From assembly GCA_934149405.1 (NCBI GenBank), contig CAKPEV010000001.1:552-64551 (forward strand): a stretch of 64,000 bases of DNA. The letters run 5' to 3'. A program made the position numbers and the translations under genes. The notes below the pieces were generated by a model. It ran no database searches. It worked only from the letters and a program-made list of their open reading frames with translations, and was not told the origin of the DNA. The DNA comes from an uncultured Clostridia bacterium. GTDB lineage: Bacteria; Bacillota; Clostridia; TANB77; UBA1234. Every line of letters starts with the position of its first letter. Within the stretch, counting starts at the first letter, position 1. Positions 9,286 to 18,884 of this stretch are shown piece by piece.

Positions 9286-11607
9286 CTACATAACTTCTGG
9301 GGTTGGCTTTGGTTCAACAGGTAATTCAGCATCAGGTGTTGGAGTTATTTTCGAAATATTTCCAACAACTTGATAACCACACTCTGTGCATTTACCATCT
9401 GTTATTTTTTGATGTGAATGTGGTAATTTTGTAATTTCATTTCTCGTATATGCATATAAAATCGTTGCATCTTCTTCAGTTATTTTTCCATCTGCATTCA
9501 CATCCGCTACTTTTTCGTTTATTTTCGTACTGTTATTTTTTAAGTATGCATTCAATTTAGCAACATCGTAAAAATCAACCGTTCCATCTCCATTTACATC
9601 GCCATATAAAATTTCTTTTTGCTCGTATCCGCATTTTGCACATTTACCATCTTTTAGTTCGTGTTCTTCTTCTACTTTACCCAACGATAATCCGCAACCA
9701 CATGTATATACTATCTTATGTTTTTTCTCATTTAGTTGTTCAATCTCTATTTTATATGTTTGACAATCATGTGGTAATTTTTGAAATTCTGGCCATTCTG
9801 CAAAGTACATTCTCATTATTTGCAAATCGATTTCATTTACTTTTCCATCCATATTGACATCTGCTGCTTTTAAATCTATTTTTCCTACATCATAGCCTCC
9901 TTGCAAATATCTTGCTAATATTGTCCTATCTTTTGCTGTAACTACTCCATCTCCATTTACATCGCCATATAAAATTTCTTTTTCATATCCGCATTTTGTG
10001 CATTTATCATCTTTAAACTCATGATTTTCATCGCTTTCTGCTAAAGATAACCCACAACCACATGTATAAACTATTTTATGCTTTTCTGAATCAGCTTGCT
10101 TTATCTCTGTCTTGTATGGCTTTTTACAATCATGTGGCAACTTTGCGAAATCAGCCCATTTTGCAAGATGTTTTGTTAATATTATTAAATCAACTACATC
10201 TATTTTTCCATCTAAGTTTAAATCTGCTGCTTCTTTATCTATTTCTTCACTTGGATCTTGTATGTATTTTGTTAATGATAATCTATCTTTAGCTGTAACC
10301 TCGCCATCTCCATTTACATCACCGTATATGATTTCTTTTTCATATTCACATTTTGTGCATTTGTCATTTTTTAGTTCATGTGCTTCTGTAACCTGTCCTA
10401 AAGATAATCCGCAACCACATGTATAGACTATTTCGTGATTTTTAGCATCACTTTGTTTTATCGCTGTAGTGTATGGCTTTTTGCAATCGTGTGGCAACTT
10501 TGAAAAGTCAGCCATTCCGAAAATATTATTCATTATTATAAATGCATCTGCAATGTCTATTTTTCCATTCAAATTAACATCTGCGGCGTTTTTATCTATA
10601 TTTGCGACCTCACCCTTTAAATATTTTGATATAAGTGATACATCATCCGATGTAACTTTTCCATCTCTATTCGCATCACCATATAAAATTGTTAATTCGT
10701 GTTTACAACCTGTGCATACTTTATTTTTATATGTGTGCTCATGTGGCAATTCTTTTATATCTTTATTAACATACGCTTTTAGTACTATTGCATCAATTAC
10801 ATCAACATTGCCATCTTGATCTAAATCTAAATATTTATCTGCATTTTTTCTAATTTCATAAGGAATTTCATTTGCATAATCTTCTGGGAAGATTGAGTAA
10901 TTTTGTAAAAGTAGTGCATCTTCTTTCGTAATCTTGCCATCTCCATTTACATCGCCAATACTAAATGACTCAAGTTCACCTATCGCAATTTTTTGAAACA
11001 CATTATACATAAGTTGTGAAACTTCTGCTCTTGTTAAATTACCTTGTGGATCAAAACGTCCTTCTTTTCCTCTCATTATTTCATTTTTTACAGCTATTGC
11101 TACATATTTTTTAATGCCTTCTGAAATTTCACCACTATCTGAAAATTTGTTTAATAGCGTATAATCAGGTTTTTCATTTTGAAGCCCTTCTGCTTGGACA
11201 ACTGCTACAGCTACATCTTCTCTTACTGATGCTTCAGTTGGTCTAAAAAAGTACTTTCCATTGTTTTCATATCCAGTTAAATATCTACTAGCCCTATATA
11301 TGTAATCTTTTGACCATCTATCTTCTTCGATATCTACAAATTTTATGTTTGTTGTATTTCCTGCTATTTTTAGTGTTTCTACTAATATTTTTGCAAATTG
11401 TTCTCTTGTTACGCTTTCATCTGGTCTAAATGTTCCATCTTCGAAACCATTTAGCACTCCTTTTACTGCCATTTCTTCTACTACGGTTTTTGCCCAGTGT
11501 CCTTCAATATCGCTAAATGTTGTAGCGGCGAATGACAATGTTCCTAATGTAACCATAACAAATGAAATTATCGCTGTTACGATTACTTTCAACTTCTGGT
11601 TCATCAA
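9286..11607 (-). CDS. Secreted SLH-domain surface protein carrying five dockerin-like Ca-binding modules interleaved with Cys/His-rich (zinc-ribbon-like) modules
   Basis: Signal peptide. SLH motifs FSDIEGHWAKTVVEEM...REQFAKIL. Paired loops DVNGDGKITKED / DLDQDGNVDVID repeated five times. Repeated module LPHDCKKPY...YTCGCGLSL...H...C.KC. Confidence 0.7.
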   Translation of the reverse strand: MMNQKLKVIVTAIISFVMVTLGTLSFAATTFSDIEGHWAKTVVEEMAVKGVLNGFEDGTFRPDESVTREQFAKILVETLKIAGNTTNIKFVDIEEDRWSKDYIYRASRYLTGYENNGKYFFRPTEASVREDVAVAVVQAEGLQNEKPDYTLLNKFSDSGEISEGIKKYVAIAVKNEIMRGKEGRFDPQGNLTRAEVSQLMYNVFQKIAIGELESFSIGDVNGDGKITKEDALLLQNYSIFPEDYANEIPYEIRKNADKYLDLDQDGNVDVIDAIVLKAYVNKDIKELPHEHTYKNKVCTGCKHELTILYGDANRDGKVTSDDVSLISKYLKGEVANIDKNAADVNLNGKIDIADAFIIMNNIFGMADFSKLPHDCKKPYTTAIKQSDAKNHEIVYTCGCGLSLGQVTEAHELKNDKCTKCEYEKEIIYGDVNGDGEVTAKDRLSLTKYIQDPSEEIDKEAADLNLDGKIDVVDLIILTKHLAKWADFAKLPHDCKKPYKTEIKQADSEKHKIVYTCGCGLSLAESDENHEFKDDKCTKCGYEKEILYGDVNGDGVVTAKDRTILARYLQGGYDVGKIDLKAADVNMDGKVNEIDLQIMRMYFAEWPEFQKLPHDCQTYKIEIEQLNEKKHKIVYTCGCGLSLGKVEEEHELKDGKCAKCGYEQKEILYGDVNGDGTVDFYDVAKLNAYLKNNSTKINEKVADVNADGKITEEDATILYAYTRNEITKLPHSHQKITDGKCTECGYQVVGNISKITPTPDAELPVEPKPTPEVM

Positions 11608-11707
11608 AATTCCCCCTTAATATAAATTTTTAAAACTTACACTTATTTTATTATAACTTATTAGACATAAATAAGCAATATTTTCCATATATTTGTTGGG
11701 TTCATTT

Positions 11708-12718
11708 TTACCATCTGGATTTATGCTTGCGTGGTATTCTTCTCACACACTCTCTGTCAATGCAAATATTCACCACGCATTTTGACATTTTTAAGATAGT
11801 TTTTAAATTATTATAATTTTTTAAATTTGTTTTACTAATAATTTCCAGCTCAGTTTTTTCAAATTTTCTCTTTACTTTTTTAGTTATACCAAAAAGCGTA
11901 GCATATATTAAACATTGTTCAAAAAATTTAGTGTCTAATGTTGTTCCATTTGAAATCTTTGCATAATTTTCTAAATAGTTTTTAAACTCTTTTATTCTAA
12001 TCGCATCATCTAGAATAAGTTTGTATTCATTTTCTTTTTGCTTTAAGATACTACTAAACCAGTTATATAAATACTTACTATTTTTTCTAGCGCATCGCTT
12101 CAACTCTCTTTTAGTTAAAGTGCCATCCTTGCTCGGTATCATTATTCTATAATACAATTCCTTTTCTAATTCGTTTTCAAAACTTTTATTTAAAATAATA
12201 TCTTCTATTTTGCAGCCTTCATATAACAGAGGAAACTCACCATATTCTGCAATTAATCCGCCTATCTTATTACCCTCTATTGTTATTTTTCCATCAATAA
12301 CCCACTTTAATAATATTGCGTCCAAGATATCCGTTCTGCTTTTTAGCATGCCATATTGGTACGCAATATAATATATAGAAAAAATATATTCTGTATCTAT
12401 TCCATTAGTGCTATATTCTTTATACTTTTTTATTTGCATTCTTTCTTTTTTACTCGTTTTTCTTCCTATTGAACCGATAATTTTTTCAAGCACTATTATA
12501 ATTGTTACACACGATACTGTAAAAGTTAAGGGAAACATGTATTCATTTGAAACAATCGTCACTCCTATAGTTGCTAAGTTGCTAGCAATTGTAGGGACAA
12601 ATAGTGGTGCAAACCATAGGAAAGTATAAGTTAAACTGTTCTTTATATCTGTTTTTTTCAGTATATACCTTTCATATGCTATGAAATATGTAACTAACAA
12701 TACGATACATATGCCCAA
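11708..12718 (-). CDS. Hypothetical membrane protein: N-terminal TM helices, then a basic/Cys-containing C-terminal domain
   Basis: 336-aa ORF. Hydrophobic N-terminal segments. No recognisable family. Confidence 0.45.
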   Translation of the reverse strand: MGICIVLLVTYFIAYERYILKKTDIKNSLTYTFLWFAPLFVPTIASNLATIGVTIVSNEYMFPLTFTVSCVTIIIVLEKIIGSIGRKTSKKERMQIKKYKEYSTNGIDTEYIFSIYYIAYQYGMLKSRTDILDAILLKWVIDGKITIEGNKIGGLIAEYGEFPLLYEGCKIEDIILNKSFENELEKELYYRIMIPSKDGTLTKRELKRCARKNSKYLYNWFSSILKQKENEYKLILDDAIRIKEFKNYLENYAKISNGTTLDTKFFEQCLIYATLFGITKKVKRKFEKTELEIISKTNLKNYNNLKTILKMSKCVVNICIDRECVRRIPRKHKSRW

Positions 12719-13005
12719 AAAATAGTTTTCCAGCTGTCATTCCTCCCTTCATTTATTAAGACTTATAATTTTATATATTTTCTAACAATTTTTGTTTCTC
12801 CGCCTTTTAATTGATTGTGTTTGCCTATCTTTTACGGAACACATCTAAACATACTCCACTTTTTATAAGCTAATTTTGCCATCTACTTATGTAGTCATTT
12901 TATCACAAAATTAGCTATTTTTCTATATTTTTCTAGCTTGTAAGTTCTTATAATACTTTGTTAAGTTACGTTTGTTACGTTACTTTTCTTAAGGTAAACA
13001 TAATA

Positions 13006-13034
13006 TTGACAAATTTGCTTAAATATGCTATAAT
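13006..13034 (+). promoter_or_regulatory. Consensus sigma-A promoter: TTGACA, 17-nt spacer, TATAAT
   Basis: Exact match to both hexamers with optimal 17-nt spacing, 55 nt upstream of the ATG of the small GC-rich gene. Confidence 0.65.
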
Positions 13035-13089
13035 ACACGATGTAAGTAATTCAATTATATTATACAACCTTAAGGAGGGTTTCACAATT

Positions 13090-13374
13090 ATGAACAACAA
13101 CTACTTCAACAACAAGCGGTATCTGACCAGCGCTCGTACTTTACCGGACGGTTGCGCATTGCGGTTCACTTTCCCCAACGGCTATGCCGCTAGCGTCTCA
13201 AGAGACTCCGTAAGTTACGGTGGTTCTCAAGGACTATGGGAAGTTGCCGTTATACACGGTAAAGAGTTTGTCTATGACACTCCTATCACCGATGACGTCC
13301 TCGGTTGGCAGACCGACGATGATGTCGAGCAGGTTCTCAAACGGATTCGTGAACTTCCAAAGCGCGTTAACTAA
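13090..13374 (+). CDS. Small (94 aa) protein of unknown function encoded with atypical GC-rich codon usage
   Basis: AAGGAGGG RBS 11 nt upstream of the ATG. About 50% GC against about 28% in neighbours. Codons AAC/TTC/CTG/CGG/GAC preferred. Followed by a terminator. Confidence 0.6.
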   Translation: MNNNYFNNKRYLTSARTLPDGCALRFTFPNGYAASVSRDSVSYGGSQGLWEVAVIHGKEFVYDTPITDDVLGWQTDDDVEQVLKRIRELPKRVN

Positions 13375-13382
13375 CAACCAAC

Positions 13383-13429
13383 GAGGGAGACCCTCACCAC
13401 CAAGAGTTAATTCTCGAGGTGGTTTTTTT
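13383..13429 (+). terminator. Rho-independent terminator(s): GAGGGAGACCCTC hairpin plus CCACC..GGTGG followed by T7
   Basis: Stem-loops then TTTTTTT. Confidence 0.55.
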
Positions 13430-14156
13430 ATCTTATCTCTTCCACATAATATATATATTCAAGCGTACTTAGTGCTTTTATTATTTCACTATGTTTTTTG
13501 TATTTTTTTAGTTCTTTACTGTCTATTGTTATTGATATTGAATATACGCTAAGGCCTGAGTTTATATATGCTGGATTTAGTTCGATGTCATCTATTCTAA
13601 GTCCCAATTTTCTGATTGTTGTTACAAAGTCTTGTAGATAGCTTTTGTTTTTTAATTCTAGATGGATTTCAAAATGATTTGAACTATCTTTCAGTGTTGC
13701 TTCGAATTTTGGAAATATGTATAGTATGCATATTAGTGCTATAAATGATACTGTTGTTACTGTGTATAATCCTGCACCTATTGAAAGCCCTATTATTCCG
13801 GCAGTCCACAAGCCAACTGATGTTGTTAATCCTTTTATTTGATTTTTTGATGTGAATAGTATTGAGTTTCCACTAAGCATTGCTGTGCTTATTATTGTTG
13901 CTGTTGATAAGAACGCAAATACTACTCCAAAATCTTGCATTAAATATAAGTCTATTAACATTGCTATTGTTGAAGCAAGCGATACTAATATGAATGTTCT
14001 TAATCCTGCTGAGTGTCTTTTTATTGAACGCTCACAACCTATTATTGCTGAAAATATAATTGATATTATTATTCTAAATATTATCGCTCCTGCTCCAAGT
14101 TCTGATGACCAATCGCCAAGCATTGTAGCTATCGGATCTTCTAACATATAATACAT
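13428..14156 (-). CDS. mgtC: MgtC/SapB family membrane protein
   Basis: GAGAIIFRIIISIIFSAIIGCERSIKRHSAGLRTF is the MgtC signature. Confidence 0.8.
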   Translation of the reverse strand: MYYMLEDPIATMLGDWSSELGAGAIIFRIIISIIFSAIIGCERSIKRHSAGLRTFILVSLASTIAMLIDLYLMQDFGVVFAFLSTATIISTAMLSGNSILFTSKNQIKGLTTSVGLWTAGIIGLSIGAGLYTVTTVSFIALICILYIFPKFEATLKDSSNHFEIHLELKNKSYLQDFVTTIRKLGLRIDDIELNPAYINSGLSVYSISITIDSKELKKYKKHSEIIKALSTLEYIYYVEEIR

Positions 14157-14196
14157 TTTTCTCTCCTTTTCTGCCTTCTCTTCGGCTTATCTTCTA

Positions 14197-15639
14197 TTAT
14201 TTTTTCTTATTGCTCCGAAGTGATGCATATTGTTCTTCGGCAGCATCTAGAAATGCTTGCTCTTCATCCGACAATACATTTTCACCATGTTCAGGTAATT
14301 CTTCTTGTATTTTGTGTATTCTGTCTATTAAAAGTTCTATTTCTGTTTTCTTTTCTCCCTCTTCTGTAACTTCGCTTTCTGGCACTAGGTCTTCTAATTT
14401 ATCGCTATATGATTTTGATAAATATAGTGCAAGCTTTGCACAACCTGGTCCTATTAGCTCATAAAGTACACTTGATGCTAGTATTATTGTTTGTAGTGCA
14501 TTTCCTATTTCCCCTCCTAATGTTCTAGCTCCAAGTGCTGCAAGACCTATTGCAACTCCCGCTTGAGGAATTAGTGCAAGTCCTAAATAGTTTCTAACCT
14601 TACTATCTTTTTTTGTAACTAAACATCCTAAATATGCACCTAAATATTTTCCAATTATTCTTACTATAAAATATAATACACCCACGGTTAAAAGTGATAC
14701 GCTTCCGACTGCTGATGATGTATTTACAAGTGCATCTAGTTTAAAACAGATACCTGATCTTACGAAAAATAATAATAGAATTGGTGGACTAAAGTAATTT
14801 AATTGTTTAAATAATTTATCATCATTTGTTATATTTATATATATCATTCCCATTGACATACAACCTAATAGTGGCGAAACATCAAGTAATGCACATATTC
14901 CACAAAATGCAAATAGTAATGATATAAGTATTATAAGTCTATTATCTGTTGAACGTTTTTGAGGCATTAAAAGTTTCATCACGACACCAAACAATGCTCC
15001 TGCTAATAAAACAACGATATTTGTTGCTATTGGTATCATTATATTCCTTATGCTGAATGCTCCTGCACCTGGCGCTATTGCAAGTGCAATTGATATTGCG
15101 ACGCTATATAGTATTAAACCTACAACATCGTCTAGTGCAACAACTTGCAACAGTGTATCTACGAAGTCGCCTTTTGCACCTGTTTGTCTTATTGTCATAA
15201 CAGTTGATGCTGGTGCAGTTGCAGACGCAAGTGCAGCAAGCACAAGTGAAAATGCCAAGTCTAAGCCCAAAATAAAATACGTTAAGCAAAATATTAAAAT
15301 CGATGCCAAGACAGATTCTAATATTGTTATTATTACAACTTTTGCTCCATTTTTTTTGAGCGTTTCAAATTTAAAGAACTCGCCTGTGCTAAAAGCTATA
15401 AACGCAAGTGCTATGTCTGCCAAAAATTCCATTCCATCTGTAACTATACTTGGTACTAAGTTTAAGCAAAATGGCCCAAGTAAAATTCCTGTTATAATAT
15501 AAGCCGTTACATTCGGCAATTTTAATAGCTTTGTGATTCTAGTCATTGCAAAGCCAAAAAACAGCATAAATGCTATTGATATTACGACTGATGCAACCGA
15601 TGATGAACCTGCAATTATGCTATGTAATGCTCCAAGCAT
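14197..15639 (-). CDS. Monovalent cation:proton antiporter (CPA family, Na+/H+ or K+/H+ exchanger) with a hydrophilic C-terminal tail
   Basis: About 12 TM helices. Na_H_exchanger-like N-terminus (ITKLLKLPNVTAYIITGILLGP). Confidence 0.75.
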   Translation of the reverse strand: MLGALHSIIAGSSSVASVVISIAFMLFFGFAMTRITKLLKLPNVTAYIITGILLGPFCLNLVPSIVTDGMEFLADIALAFIAFSTGEFFKFETLKKNGAKVVIITILESVLASILIFCLTYFILGLDLAFSLVLAALASATAPASTVMTIRQTGAKGDFVDTLLQVVALDDVVGLILYSVAISIALAIAPGAGAFSIRNIMIPIATNIVVLLAGALFGVVMKLLMPQKRSTDNRLIILISLLFAFCGICALLDVSPLLGCMSMGMIYINITNDDKLFKQLNYFSPPILLLFFVRSGICFKLDALVNTSSAVGSVSLLTVGVLYFIVRIIGKYLGAYLGCLVTKKDSKVRNYLGLALIPQAGVAIGLAALGARTLGGEIGNALQTIILASSVLYELIGPGCAKLALYLSKSYSDKLEDLVPESEVTEEGEKKTEIELLIDRIHKIQEELPEHGENVLSDEEQAFLDAAEEQYASLRSNKKK

Positions 15640-15794
15640 TATATCTCCTCCTTATTTTGATATATTTAAAAATATATGCCTTTCATGTTTGTATTAATTC
15701 ATTTTTAATACACAAATTTATATTTATTCTATATTCATTCTAACATTAATTTATATTTAGGGCAAATGTTTAAATTTGGTGGCAAATAAAATTT

Positions 15795-15840
15795 TAAAGA
15801 CGGAGATAGTAGATTTCCTTTCTTTACCTCCGTCCCTTAT
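15795..15840 (-). terminator. Hairpin GACGGAG...CTCCGTC plus U-tract, downstream of mrnC
   Basis: 7-bp stem followed on the minus strand by TTTAAAATTTT. Confidence 0.45.
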
Positions 15841-15850
15841 TTTAAAATTT

Positions 15851-16228
15851 TTATTTTACGCACTCTGCTAGTATTTCATTTAATCTTTTTTCTTGCCCAG
15901 TAAGATATAGATATCCTATCAAAGCTTCAAAACCTGTTGCATATTTATATACTATTACATCTGCATTTTTAGCTGTTGAATGTGGATTAGAGTTCCTTCC
16001 TCTCCTTACTATGTCTAGCTCTTCTTCTGTAAGATTTGGTTCTAGTCTTTCTAATATTTCTGCTTGTCCCTTTGCACTTACATATTTGATGCTTTTTTTA
16101 TGTAATAAACCATTTTTGCATAAGCCTTGTCTTATAACATATTCTCTTATATATTTTTCATACACAGCATCACCCATATATGCAAATACAAGTGGAGACA
16201 TTTGCTTTATATCACTTTCTGTTATCAT
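15851..16228 (-). CDS. mrnC: Mini-ribonuclease 3 (Mini-III)
   Basis: 125 aa, AYMGDAVYE...RRGRN...EALIGYLYL RNase III-like catalytic motifs without a dsRBD. Confidence 0.85.
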   Translation of the reverse strand: MITESDIKQMSPLVFAYMGDAVYEKYIREYVIRQGLCKNGLLHKKSIKYVSAKGQAEILERLEPNLTEEELDIVRRGRNSNPHSTAKNADVIVYKYATGFEALIGYLYLTGQEKRLNEILAECVK

Positions 16229-16240
16229 TTTTTCACCTCA

Positions 16241-17155
16241 TTATTCTAATGTTATTAAGCCTATCTTTCCAGTTCTAAAATCATCTAAAATTATATTAGC
16301 AACCTTTGTGTAATCTACTTCTCCGCCTCTTACCAAACAGCCTCTTTTTCTTCCTATTTCCTCCATTAGTTCAACTGTCATTTCATATGTGAAGTTTTCA
16401 TCTATTTTATATCTTTCATAAACATTCTTTTTATATTTTAATACAAGTTCTTCAAGAAGGCTAAGTGCTAATTCTTCAACATCTAATATTTCATCTTTTA
16501 TTGTACCGATGTATGCCAAATGTCTTGCTGTTATCGCATTATCAAACTTTGGCCACAATACACCTGGTGTATCTAATAATTGTATTTTATCATTTAATCT
16601 TACCCATTGATTTTTTCTTGTAACACCTGGTTTGTTGCTAACTTCTGCAGTTTGCTTTCCTGCTATTTTATTTATAAAGGTTGATTTTCCAACATTAGGT
16701 ATGCCAACTATCATTGCTTTTATTGAAATTCCAGTTCTTCCCTTAGCTGATTGCTTTTCTATCTTGTCTTTCATTAGTGATAATGCTGCTTCTACAACAT
16801 CATTTACCCCTTTTCCTTTGTTGCTATCCGCAATTATAGCTGTTTGGTTATTGGATTTTAACTTTTGAACCCACTTTTTATTTGCATCACTATCTGCCAA
16901 ATCCGCTTTGTTTAAAACAACTATTCTAGGTCTGTCTCCTATTATTTCGTTTAGTATTGGATTTCTACTTGCTACTGGTATTCTAGCATCTATTATCTCT
17001 ATAACCACATCTACAAGCTTTACACTTTCTGATATTTCTCTTCTGGCTCTAGCCATATGACCAGGATACCAGTTGATACTCGTAGATGGTAAACTTTTTG
17101 TATCTTCGTTAATTTTTTTATTTTTTCTCATTTCTCTTTTTTGATACATATCCAT
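16241..17155 (-). CDS. rbgA: Ribosome biogenesis GTPase A (YlqF/RbgA). The true start is probably internal to the ORF.
   Basis: INWYPGHMARA..., circularly permuted GTPase motifs VLNKADL and GIPNVGKST. Confidence 0.85.
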   Translation of the reverse strand: MDMYQKREMRKNKKINEDTKSLPSTSINWYPGHMARARREISESVKLVDVVIEIIDARIPVASRNPILNEIIGDRPRIVVLNKADLADSDANKKWVQKLKSNNQTAIIADSNKGKGVNDVVEAALSLMKDKIEKQSAKGRTGISIKAMIVGIPNVGKSTFINKIAGKQTAEVSNKPGVTRKNQWVRLNDKIQLLDTPGVLWPKFDNAITARHLAYIGTIKDEILDVEELALSLLEELVLKYKKNVYERYKIDENFTYEMTVELMEEIGRKRGCLVRGGEVDYTKVANIILDDFRTGKIGLITLE

Positions 17156-17236
17156 TATTTATCACTTCCATTCTCTATCATTCTTGTTTCATTAATCTCT
17201 TCTTTATTATTAAAAGCAATTTCAATCATGCAATAC

Positions 17237-18106
17237 TTACTCATTCGTCCCTCCAATTAATTTTTGATCATCTAATTTCGTTATACCTATTATATTATTA
17301 TCGCTTGCTAAAATAGTTATTTGTCTTTTAGCAGTTTCATTTAATTTTTCTAATCTATCTTTTTGACCAATATTATTTTCTATCATACTGGCATTTAATA
17401 CCTCTAAATTAGATAAGACAACTAAATGTAAAATATCTGTATAATCTCTTATATTACCCTCCAATTTTGGATTATTTTCTCTCCACTCTTTTGCAGTCAT
17501 TCCAAACAATGCTACATTTATTACATCTGCTTCGTTAGCATAAACAAAAACTTTTTGTTTATCTGTTAAAGTAGGAACTAAATTTTCTTTAATACTATCA
17601 GTATGTATTCTATAATTTGTTTTTGATAAGCTTCTTCTAACAGACCATTCTATTTTTTCTTGATATGTTTCATTATATTTTAATCTTTCAAATTCTTGAA
17701 TCAAATATAATTTAAATGCGGGATCTATCCAAGACGCAAATTCTAAGGCAATATCTGGATGCGCAAATGTGCCACCATCATATTTTCCTCTTTTACTTAC
17801 AAAACCTTTAGCATTTGTAGTACTTATCCATCTAGAAGGACTCATTGTAAAAGAATTATTTGCAGAGTCATTTTTAAACTCGCGAGATTCCGCTAGTTTA
17901 AAATTTTCATTAAACAGTTCTTCCCAAAGTGAATAAAAATCAAAAGAACTTTTATTGCTCATCCACTTAATAACAACATCACCAGGATTATCAGGATTTT
18001 TGTATCTTGCCAAATCTGTTAAAGATATATAATCTATATTATCAACTCTCATTACGTTTATCAAATTATCTTTTACATTCATTTTTGTTGTAATTTTATT
18101 ATTCAT
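17237..18106 (-). CDS. KilA-N domain-containing protein (phage-associated DNA-binding family)
   Basis: VMRVDNIDYISLTDLARYKNPDNPGDVVIKWM...FTMSPSRWI matches the KilA-N family. Confidence 0.7.
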   Translation of the reverse strand: MNNKITTKMNVKDNLINVMRVDNIDYISLTDLARYKNPDNPGDVVIKWMSNKSSFDFYSLWEELFNENFKLAESREFKNDSANNSFTMSPSRWISTTNAKGFVSKRGKYDGGTFAHPDIALEFASWIDPAFKLYLIQEFERLKYNETYQEKIEWSVRRSLSKTNYRIHTDSIKENLVPTLTDKQKVFVYANEADVINVALFGMTAKEWRENNPKLEGNIRDYTDILHLVVLSNLEVLNASMIENNIGQKDRLEKLNETAKRQITILASDNNIIGITKLDDQKLIGGTNE

Positions 18107-18134
18107 ATATTATCCTTCCTTTCTATTTTATATT

Positions 18135-18473
18135 TTAGATGCTGCAAGAAAAATATATATCTGTTATTTTTTGATAAAACCTTCTCTCACTTGAACGAAT
18201 ATTCCTAATTCTTTCAAGTATTTCCTCAAAATAATCTTCTCCAAATATGTAATTAGGATTTTTTAATCTTTCATCATCCATAACTACACCTTTTATCATA
18301 TATTCTTTTAATATTTTAGTAGCCCAAATTCTAAAGTTGGTTGCTTTTTTTGAATTTACTCTATATCCAACTGCAATAATCATATCAAGGTTATATATCT
18401 TTACAGGTTTTTCAGAATTATCAACGTCGGTTTTTCCGACGGTATTATTTTCTTCATTCTTTTCTCCTTTCAA
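18135..18473 (-). pseudogene. Internal fragment of a RhuM-family (virulence protein RhuM-like) gene
   Basis: YNLDMIIAVGYRVNSKKATNFRIWATKILKEYMIKG is the conserved RhuM core, but the ORF is only 112 aa. It lacks the family's N- and C-terminal regions. Confidence 0.55.
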
Positions 18474-18530
18474 CTATTCACATTTTAACATAAGAGCAAG
18501 CGATTTTCAATAAATTCGCTTGCTCTTCAT

Positions 18531-18734
18531 TTATACTTTATTAAATATTATCTTTTTTTCTTTCATTGATATTTTGACAATTTCATAACCATATTCTTGC
18601 AATTCTTTTTTATATTTTAAGAATGAGTGATCTATTTCAAATCCTAAAATATTTTTAATTTCTTCATATGTTAGCTCATAATGTTCTTTCTTATTTGCAT
18701 ATATGTATTCCCATAAAGGCTTATATTTGCTCAT
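18531..18734 (-). CDS. Hypothetical 67-aa protein
   Basis: ORF only. No family recognised. Confidence 0.3.
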   Translation of the reverse strand: MSKYKPLWEYIYANKKEHYELTYEEIKNILGFEIDHSFLKYKKELQEYGYEIVKISMKEKKIIFNKV

Positions 18735-18884
18735 ATGCCACCCTCTTTTTTACATATTTCTGATATTTTTTTCATTGTGTTTGCAGTTCTTATGGTAATT
18801 TTATCTTTTATACTTATATTTACTCCTCTTAATAATGCTATATATTTCATATATCAAGCCTACTTTCTGCTTAGTAATAAGTAT

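Noticed and set aside
11728-11779. 8-bp inverted repeat TGCGTGGT...ACCACGCA at the 3' end of the 11708-12718 ORF
   Set aside because: It lies inside the annotated coding tail. It could mark an earlier true stop, but I cannot decide that from sequence alone.
12958-13089. N-terminal 44 codons of the 138-aa ORF track entry preceding the GC-rich gene
   Set aside because: This stretch spans the consensus promoter and 5' UTR. The RBS-ATG at 13090 and the composition switch mark the real start.
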